32,513 nt of DNA, taken from assembly GCA_051942245.1 (NCBI GenBank), contig JAVECL010000258.1, positions 1 to 32,513 of the forward strand, in the 5' to 3' direction. The position numbers were made by a program, and so were the translations under genes. Source of the DNA: Trypethelium eluteriae (taxonomy: Eukaryota). Of the stretch, positions 24,198 to 32,513 are shown piece by piece. A model generated the notes under the pieces. It saw only the letters and a program-made list of their open reading frames with translations, was not told the DNA's origin and searched no databases. Every line of letters begins with the position of its first letter. Positions within the stretch are counted from its first letter, which is position 1.

Positions 24198-24420
24198 GAA
24201 AAAGCGGCGATAGGGAGAGATCGGACTTATAAGGGCCCCCAAAATCTACCCCTTTTAGCGAAGTTATTACCAAAAAGAGACATAAAGACAGATCAAGAAA
24301 GATCGGATAAGATGCTCAGTACGTACTCTTACCCTATAAGTGCGAAACTGACTCTAAACAAGAATGGTTTTTCGAAAAGGGCAAATCTGATAGCTGATTT
24401 ACCGGAACATATCTTACCAT
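24198..24420 (+). repeat. Diverged direct repeat, copy 2
   Basis: Colinear with 22112-22320; two of the identical blocks (24319-24337, 24396-24411) are offset by exactly 2100 bp. Confidence 0.85.
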
Positions 24421-24823
24421 TCTGTAAAAACAAACATTCAGTATTAGTTGATCTGTCTAGGCTAATACAGCCGCTACGTCGCCTCCATCTATGTCGCCAC
24501 ATCGTAGTCTCTGATGACATTATGCCAGTAGGAGGACGGTCTCAGCCTATGCGGGCATATACAGCAGCACATCGATCTCAGCTATTCTCACCACAGATTG
24601 ATAAAAACATATGCTACTAAAGACTCGATGAAAAGAGATCATCCGGTATTCTTTTCATTCTGGTATCTAAGCTTACTAAAATAATGATTATATCAAAGAT
24701 TAGAGCAAGAGTGATGTGAGTGAGGATCTAGTAGGGCAAGCTCGAACCTTACGGTACCGCAGCTATTCACATCTATACTGTATCAGATATAAACACTAAT
24801 GTCATAATGATAATTGTTATACT

Positions 24824-27016
24824 TCAAATCCTATAGGATACGTTGACAATATATCCTGAGACACTTATACTCTGTGACCATATCCATAAGATTAAGTTCA
24901 ATGGACCAAACACCAACATTGGCAAAAACGATAAGAGAAAATGATCTAGAATCTAATTAATATACCAGATCAAGCAGAGATGTCAGCATGAATTAGGATA
25001 TCAGGTAAATATTCATCCAATCAAGAGACATCCAATGGATAGACTACTTACCATAGAAAAGCCTTCTTCGGCGTATCAACTCCCACATTTCGCTTCTCAA
25101 AACTCCCACCGCACCGTCCCATTTCCATGGCTCTACCACTCGGAATTCGATGTTCATGTTAGCCGAAAGAGCCCATACGAGTGGAATCTTAAGGCTCTTT
25201 CTCCAGCCCAAGGAAATGATCTCCTGGAATCCAAGTGCAGAGTCCATGTCAAGAGCGAGCTGGTAAACATAACTCTCATGATCAATACCATAATGGATTC
25301 TAGCATACTTCGGTGAGCGAAGCTTATAATGAGTCTCTTCGGAAGCCTTCAGCGGCCGCGGAATGAGTTGCGGAGCGGCGAGGTTTAAAATCCACAGCTG
25401 AGCCTGCATCTCCGACAGCGCCGGAATCGCACCCAGAGAAGGTCGCAGGAAGCCTATGAATCCGACAGTAGGATCGTCATGCTTCCATATATTTCGAACG
25501 TCAGCTTCACTGGGGGATGGATACGCTGGCCTGCCGATCTGCGCCTTGTCCTTTGCTAGATCGGTAAGAAAGGGAAAAACCTGTTCGTAGCCTGTGCAAA
25601 AGATAACCATATCCGGCTTCAGTTTCTCATCTTTCATAGTGTGATACTCAATGCGATCATTGTCCTGAAAGCAGACAACGCCATTGTCGTCGAAATATTG
25701 AGGCATTGGAGCAAGGTCAATATGTCGACCGTTAGTATTAAGAATCGGAGCCTGGATTACCGAGGAGCGGATCTTTTGTATGAGATTTTGTCGTCTACCT
25801 CGATAGGGAGCGCTAATGTATGGTGCGATCTTGCTTGCCTTATTAAAAAAGACTAGGAAAGGTAAGCCGAGTTCAACTGTAGCCCGAAAACCTACTTTTC
25901 GATGCATGATTTCGCTCCGGTGAAACTTCACCAACCCATTGATCGATTCCAGCGCCCGTTCCGCCAGTGCACCACAGGACACATTTCACATAAGTGTCAT
26001 AAAAGGCCCAGAGTGCAGCATCGTGCTTTCGAAGCATAGGGTGAACGAATGACGTGTCAAATAAGCTAGCTCTGCCGCAATCGATTGGTATCGTTAATTG
26101 ATCTCTTGGCTTACCCCCTAGAATCGGAAACAATGCTGGATTGTTATTTCGCTGTACACCAGGAAGCGTATTCAGCATGCAAATGGCTCATCACCAGGAA
26201 GGAGGTAAGATACCTTACCTTTGGAGCCAGATGGAAGCCATCCCGATGCGACATTACGACTCTTCGTGTAGGCGAAGTAACAGCCAAGTAAGCAACGTCA
26301 GCGCCGGTCTCCCCACTTCCAATCACGAGTACCGTCTTATCAATGTCGAACTGCTCCCTTTTCTTGAATTTAGACGAGTGCATCACCACTGGAACATTCT
26401 CGACTCCTGGAATATGGGGAATATTCGGTGTAACATGGAGTCCGGAGCATACTGCTATTGCATCACATTCCCACTCAATGGCAACTGGTTCATGATCCAA
26501 CTGATATCTCACGATGTGACCACCACTCGTGCTTCTTGAAACAGATAAGACGGTCGTGCGAAGATGAATTGCTTGCCATAATTCGAATCGAGTACAGTAC
26601 TCGCGCAAGTACTCGATGTAGCGCTCAACGCTCAGGAAATCGCTGTCATCTTTGCGCGGCCTGAAGTCTGAGAATGTAGTGAGCTGCTTCGACGAGACCA
26701 TCTGTGCTACCAATCAGCAACCCTTCTATGTGCTATATGCAATTCAAAGGCTAAGCCAAGGGAGCGAGGAAATTGTGGGAGTGATTTGTGCTCCACGTTC
26801 TTTCGAAGGTTGAGCAAAAGAAAGTCAGCATGATCAAGCAGGTTCTCGAACCTCAGCATCCTCGTAAGTTCTGGCAAGGAATTTTCCTCCTATGTCTGCC
26901 TCTTTTTCGAAGCATCTGGCCTCGATCGGTTCTATGTCAAGGCTATGGTGTACCTCAAGGAGGTATTTTGTGGTGACTATGCCAGAAGGGCCGCCACCAA
27001 TAACTGCAACCTTCAT
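24824..27016 (-). CDS. Flavin-containing monooxygenase (FMO / dimethylaniline monooxygenase-like), 5 exons, 608 aa
   Basis: FAD motif MKVAVIGGGPSG, VCSGLH, FMO-type VMHSSKFK, NADPH motif IGSGETGAD, IFCTGY. Exons 27016-26852, 26701-26219, 26151-25896, 25852-25052 and 24945-24824 splice in frame through GT-AG introns. Hydrophobic C-terminal tail. Confidence 0.93.
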
Positions 27017-27704
27017 ATTTGAGATTCCCTTTTCCAAAGCCCTTTTAGTTGAGAAGTTGATGAACGATGCCGGACGCGGTGAGAGATACAGGAAAATCAG
27101 CAAATACGAAAGGGAGGGTAAGGACAAGGAGGGTAAGTATGATCCTCCAGCCTCTTCGATTGCAAGTAAAGACTCGTAGACATCATGCTGCATACTAGTT
27201 GCCTTGATCGGTGAAGTCAGCACGGATACGGCGCTGTCTTTTTAGTTCCGTCTAGATACCGGTAAGATCCCCAGATAAGGAGGGTCTCAGAGTGGCTATC
27301 AGCCGTCTCTACGCGGCCAACAGCATCACTATCGCCCAAGCCAAATTTGCCTCTTGTGCCTCTGACTGCTTCTGAGACGTCTTTCGCCCGAAAGACTACT
27401 CGTGCGAACTTTATTCCAAGACTTCTCTTTCCTCCACTTTAGCGGCTGGGTGCTTATTCTCAGTTGAATTTACTCTAACCCGTGGATCTTTTAAATTCTA
27501 ATTCTGAACAGCAATTTTATCGTCTATCAATGCTCTCGGAACTCTTTACAGTTGGATTGTATCTGTAGAAGGGTATCTCAACATGTAGAGAGTGTAGAAA
27601 GTATGGACTAAAACCTTATGAATACGAAGGTGTGGAGTCTAGGTAGACCTGAACTAGTACACATAATGTAGTCAACACCCATGGGATGCTCCTCCACATT
27701 GGCC

Positions 27705-29141
27705 TCAGGGGCCGCTTCCCACAACAGAGGGAACCTGGGCTTCAATGATGCTTTGGCTCAATCGGTCCGCCGCATGCCAGATCCCCGTGACTTCTAAACC
27801 TGCGGCTTCAATGTACTGTCTGTGCAGTTCCTCTGTTCGTTCCATACCACCATTGATAGACATTAGGTTCATGTCCTGAGACGCTTGAGTCATTGTCGAA
27901 CCCTTTGGAGGGAATATCCATTCATTGATCAGGAGATAGGAATAACCCGGTGCCATAGCATCGCGCAGATGACTGAGTATCTTTGTATTAATCTCCTGGG
28001 ACCAGTCATGCGCCACATCACGCAAAAAGTAGAAGCGGGCCCCTGTGAAAAAAGCTGTAAGCTACTTCGCCGACGTTCTGCATTGAAACTCCAGTGTTCT
28101 TACCATGGATTGGCTGCGCAGTCATAATATCATGTTCAAGGAATTCAATCCCCTCAGGTTTCTCCTTTGGAAATCCATGAGGCAGATCTTCCACTATGAA
28201 TCGACCATGGGCCTCCAAAAAGCGTCTTCTGAATTTTCGAGCTTGGTCCCCATGACCTCCGCCAACATCCACCATTAGGGTGTCTTCTTTACCAGTCCTT
28301 AGGCCATCAATGAGTCTTTGCTGGGCTGGATATACGTCCATCCAGTGATCACGACCCTTGTAGACTGTGCTCATAGCGGCACTCATTGCGGGAAGAAATG
28401 AAGGATTGCTGGCCAAGACTTGGAACACCGTTGCTCCGTTATGAAAGCCGTGTGCTCTTGCAAGTGCGGTCCGTGTTGAGCTGGTCGGATTATTGTAGCC
28501 ATTCTCCTTGAGAAGGGCAGGCGCAACGAGCCACGCTGGGGACATACAATCGAATCTAGTTCAAACATAATTAATTGATGATTCGCGATTTGAATAGGGA
28601 TGAAATCCTTACACCCCTTCCACGCAAGCTGCGTTGCGTCTTTTCGCAAATGTACTAGATATAGAATTTGCACCCCAGTAGTTAACATCGACTTCGTCAA
28701 TTGCCCCGTACGCGCCTAGTATTCGGAGCACTCTCTCTGAAATAAATAAAAGTTAATTCGGATTCCTTCGGTCTACAACAATCTGTACATACCAATTAAT
28801 AGCGGATCTGCATTAGTAGCTTTTGCAACGTCCTCTGCTTTCATGGGACCTGTGGCGGTTTGCAATATCTCAAAGATATTCAAGTCTATCCCGATCCTGA
28901 TCGCCGCAATTTCCCATAACTATACAGAAATAATGTCAGTGATGAATGCAGGCAGCGATAGTCGCCAAGAATCACTCGCCTGAAAGCAAACCCTCTCCAG
29001 AGTGTTGTCCTCGTTCTCCAGCGATAGCATGAGCTTGCGCACTTCACGGATCGAATCCTCTCTTGCGCGCTGGTCTTCAGCGGTTCCTTGACGCAGAGAT
29101 GCCCCAATGACACCCAGGGTGTCGGACGTGGAAATGCTCAT
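27705..29141 (-). CDS. SAM-dependent O-methyltransferase (COMT-type, fungal secondary-metabolism class), 5 exons, 400 aa
   Basis: SAM motif MVDVGGGHG, VEDLP, EHDIMTAQPIHGARFYFLRDVAHDWS, GGMERT. Exons 29141-28980, 28919-28793, 28736-28613, 28555-28104 and 28042-27705 are in frame; the first intron is GC-AG. Confidence 0.93.
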
Positions 29142-31799
29142 CGTGTTCAGTGATGAGCGGGCTAAAATCACACTTCTTTACTTGAACTTCAGTCACACAC
29201 TGCTCAAAAGTCCACTTAGATCAAGTTTGAGCCAAAAGTTCTCCTCAAAATGATCTACACGTGTAAATAGTGCCTTGATAAGGCCAGTTGTGCTGTGAAA
29301 GCTGGCTTTTAAATGGTTGTTCTGAGCAAGGCGGCCACGCGTGCAGGCAAAACGGGGCTTGAAATTAGTTTCGTGAACGGCTGCAACTCCACTTCTAGTA
29401 TGCAGCTACTTTTCAGCCTGATAAAGCTCAAGCCAGTCTGCTGGAATGGAAGTTATGCACTTCGGCTGGTAAACTGAATGCGGCATTCACGGTGAAAGTC
29501 GTCTCGATGAGACCTAGCTACAATGGAGCCTAAGCCATCATCTTCTGCCGAACACTGGAAATCGGGGCTAGATGAGGCCTTGTCATTCGAGCGGGCAATG
29601 CTGCAGTTTTCTAATCGGTGTGCGGCATGCAGATAACCAGATACAAGACTTTACTTCCTAGAGATCGATCGTGGTGACTTGAAACCAGATAAAGCTTGCA
29701 ATAACAGCAAAAGAAGAAGAGATCAGTATTTTGCGTCGACTTCACAGGCCTGGAGAAATTTTTTCTCCATTCGTTGAGATGCTGCTTGAGAAGTCACTCG
29801 AGCTGATACATACATCAGCACAAAGACGCTCGGCTCGAGCCATATGGAAGATGGAGGCATCAAACTTCTGTATGCCGTAAAATAGGCGTTTGCGACCAAG
29901 CGCGTCACGCTAAATTGCGGCACGGAACGTCGGAATACTCTACGATTCGTAGTTCGTGCGGTGCCGGTAATCACGCAACTTCCGAGACATGGTCTAGAGT
30001 AATCGATATTCGGATATCGTAGAGTAGTGCCAACAGGGATTCGACCATAGCTTGGGAGGCGGCGACGAAATCTATGACGCACATGCAAATTGCTATTGTT
30101 CGCATTTTCTAAAATGCATTCTTGCATCAGGCTGAGAGCAAAGCTTGGCATGGAAGCAAGTTGGTGGTGCCAACAAGAAGGCAGCGAGGCGCATATCCGG
30201 TCAAGCCTCCCATAGTATTGCGCCCAGGCTTGCACAATGTAGTACGGAGTACATCCATGAAATCCTCAGATCTCGAGAAAGATAATTGGCTTGCTCACTG
30301 ATCGTCACTTTGATTGGCTCAGTCTGTTCCTTGTGCCCCCACGTTCATATTTCTTTTTAGGAAGCTGAGGAGACGCAGTCCTTTGATCGATCCTGATTGC
30401 TCAAAGCTGTCGCACCTTGAATCTCGACCCTTAAAGCTGGTTAATGCAATTCGGACCCTCTTAGTACTCCTATGTCTATCGAAGCGACACACACAGCAAA
30501 ACCTTTGGGTACTCGCACTTCCTTACCAAGGCCTTTCATATCATATCTGAGCTGTTCTAATAGAGAAACTCAATTGATTGTATTCTGTGTAGAAGTGTGT
30601 AGAATCTGAGTCTAGGAGCTACGGAGAACGTTGGGTAAATCTATATACACTAGGGCGAATGCGGTAACATCTACCGTGGGACCCAGTCCACCTGCTCCTC
30701 GCGCACAGTAGCAGCTTCCTTCAACATGAGCCTCTTGTGATATATAGCTCTACAGGACGGGTCTTTTCTCTCATAATCAGCTCCTTGAATCAGCGAACCC
30801 ATTCTCAAAAGACTAACTCTGCTATTGATATACGGAAAGATAGAAAAGGGGCTCTTCTGGGAGTCACCTGGGTGTGGACCATTTCTTTGGTTATGATTAT
30901 TCTAGCTTGCCTTTGGTGCTGATTGAGGTATTAGAAGAGAGACTGATAGGATGACTTTTGGATAGTGCTCGCCGCAGTGAGACTTGGTAGCTATTATATC
31001 TCAAGCTGGACTAACGGCAACGTTAAAGGCTTGAAGCGTCTCTCTAAGTGTTGTTTAGATTATATATGCGCCTGCTGGAGGCTGAAAACACCTTGTTACA
31101 CTGACTCCAAGTTAAGTTGTCCTTATCGTCAAACTTGATTAGATCTCACTAATTTTATGCATTATTAGTCTCATAATAAGCGGAATTTTAGTAGCTTGTC
31201 TTAAGAAGCGGCTTTAGGCCCTTACCAAATGGCCAAGGATCTTTTTTTAGACTCTGTGTGCAATCTTATTTGTGTACGGTATAATTGTATGCATCATAAT
31301 TCTTATGCAATGCAGACCCATATTCTTGCTCTGGAATCCTATGAGTGACTTAAATGGTCATTTCTCGCCGCCTTTATTTGTATCTGACGCTGGCATTGCT
31401 TTAGGATGGAATTATTTTGAGTCAATACAGTGGAGGTATTGAACTAATACTTGTCAATATTATCCTAGCTATATCAGAGAGTTCTAGGTCATTTAGCTGA
31501 CTAATACTCTCGGAAGCAGAAGGATGAGATCCCGAAGATACAGGGGTTGTTACGGTGTATATATGCAGCTTCATTTCCTAGCCAGATAAGGGGAACAGAG
31601 ATCTTGACCTCGACGATAATTGCCAACTAAAAATTCTGACAATAGTCAGAGATAAATAGCATAAGTGCATAGCATAGCATAATCATACCTAGGAATAGCA
31701 TGAATAGTTATGAATAATGTCATAGTATGATATTTTGCCTACAGCTGAAAATAAGCGAGATACTAACCAAATTAGGTTTAGACTACGCACAAAAGTCGT

Positions 31800-32513
31800 A
31801 CGTAAGGCTTATACCTGAACCTTTTATCTTTATTAATTATTTTTAATAACGTAAGCCACCTCCCCTGCTTTGTACAATACTAAATTTATCCAAATTTATT
31901 AAATGGTCTTAAAAAAGCAGTGATCTTAAGCCAAAGAATTATTTGTACAATAATTTTTAATGGCTAATATTATAATGTAGTGCTAAAATTATCTCTGTCG
32001 CCTTTAACCTTTTTTTTTTTTAAAAAAAAAAAATTATAATATAAGTTACTTAATACTTATATAAAAAAGAATTTGGGCTAATCTTCTTTATATAATAGGG
32101 CTGCCCCTACTCCTGCCGGCCCCCCTTTATTGCTCTCCCCCTCACCATATCTCTCTTTTGTTCTGGCTTTACTTTTATTCTTACTGTTAGAGGACAGCAG
32201 CTTAAACTGCTGTATTACAGCCCTTAGAGCCGGGCTTTGCTTGCTGTGCTAGGTGTTGATATTCTCTTTATATAAGGGAAACTTTGCGTTAATTAAATAG
32301 CACTAAACCGCGCTTTATATATTAATGCAATCCTAATCTAAAGCAGAGGGCAATAGGAGGCCTTTATGTGCAATAATTATGCACGCAAAAGTCTTCATCC
32401 TTTCCCAGAATGCCACCGCGTATGAGGCCATTTTGGGGGATGCTGCGCCAACTGCAAGTAGCAAAACTATGCTAAATTATGTTAATAGCTATAGGCACCT
32501 CCCCCCCCGCCCC
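31800..32513. other. Start of a second AT-rich, RIP-like mutated block (repeat or gene relic), truncated by the window end
   Basis: Abrupt TA enrichment, no ORFs in the track, a T12A12 run at 32010-32033. The element type was not identifiable. Confidence 0.6.

Noticed and set aside
25035..27179. Plus-strand ORFs overlapping the FMO
   Set aside because: Antisense shadows of the real minus-strand gene.
27017..27223. N-terminal extension of the FMO in the ORF track (26834-27223)
   Set aside because: It starts at a non-ATG codon, and FMOs typically begin right at the MKVAVIGGG motif (ATG 27016).
29723..30922. ORFs 29723-30235, 30314-30550 and 30737-30922
   Set aside because: Non-ATG starts, no recognisable motifs, and no consistent splice model found.
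31799..31870. TACGTAAG/AACGTAAG motifs as pogo/Fot1-type terminal inverted repeats
   Set aside because: Too short, no partner repeat in the window, and no transposase motif recognised.
32010..32033. T12A12 perfect palindrome
   Set aside because: Homopolymer sequence in an AT-rich mutated block; no independent sign of function.

Overview
Eukaryotic, intron-containing DNA from a filamentous ascomycete (GT-AG introns with CTRAY branch sites, RIP-type mutation). Layout: (i) 1-2.4 kb, a minus-strand gene relic with in-frame stops; (ii) about 2.7-16.5 kb, a TpA-rich block damaged by RIP-like mutation, holding several dead ORFs, a degenerate ~8-unit repeat array and a partly mutated PD-(D/E)XK-like gene; (iii) 17.6-22.2 kb, a 4-exon hypothetical gene, a 3-exon Zn(II)2Cys6 protein gene and a pseudogene; (iv) 22.1-24.4 kb, a non-coding interval bracketed by diverged direct repeats, containing a ~170-nt hairpin and a tRNA-Leu(AAG) gene; (v) 24.8-29.1 kb, intact flavin monooxygenase and O-methyltransferase genes; (vi) a second RIP-like block from about 31.8 kb. 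The standout is the tRNA-Leu. Besides its ordinary anticodon-loop intron, it has a 54-nt insertion in the variable arm that looks like a spliceosomal intron (GTAGGG...ACTAAT...CAG), and removing it rebuilds a complete cloverleaf. All gene models were read by eye; no database searches were run.
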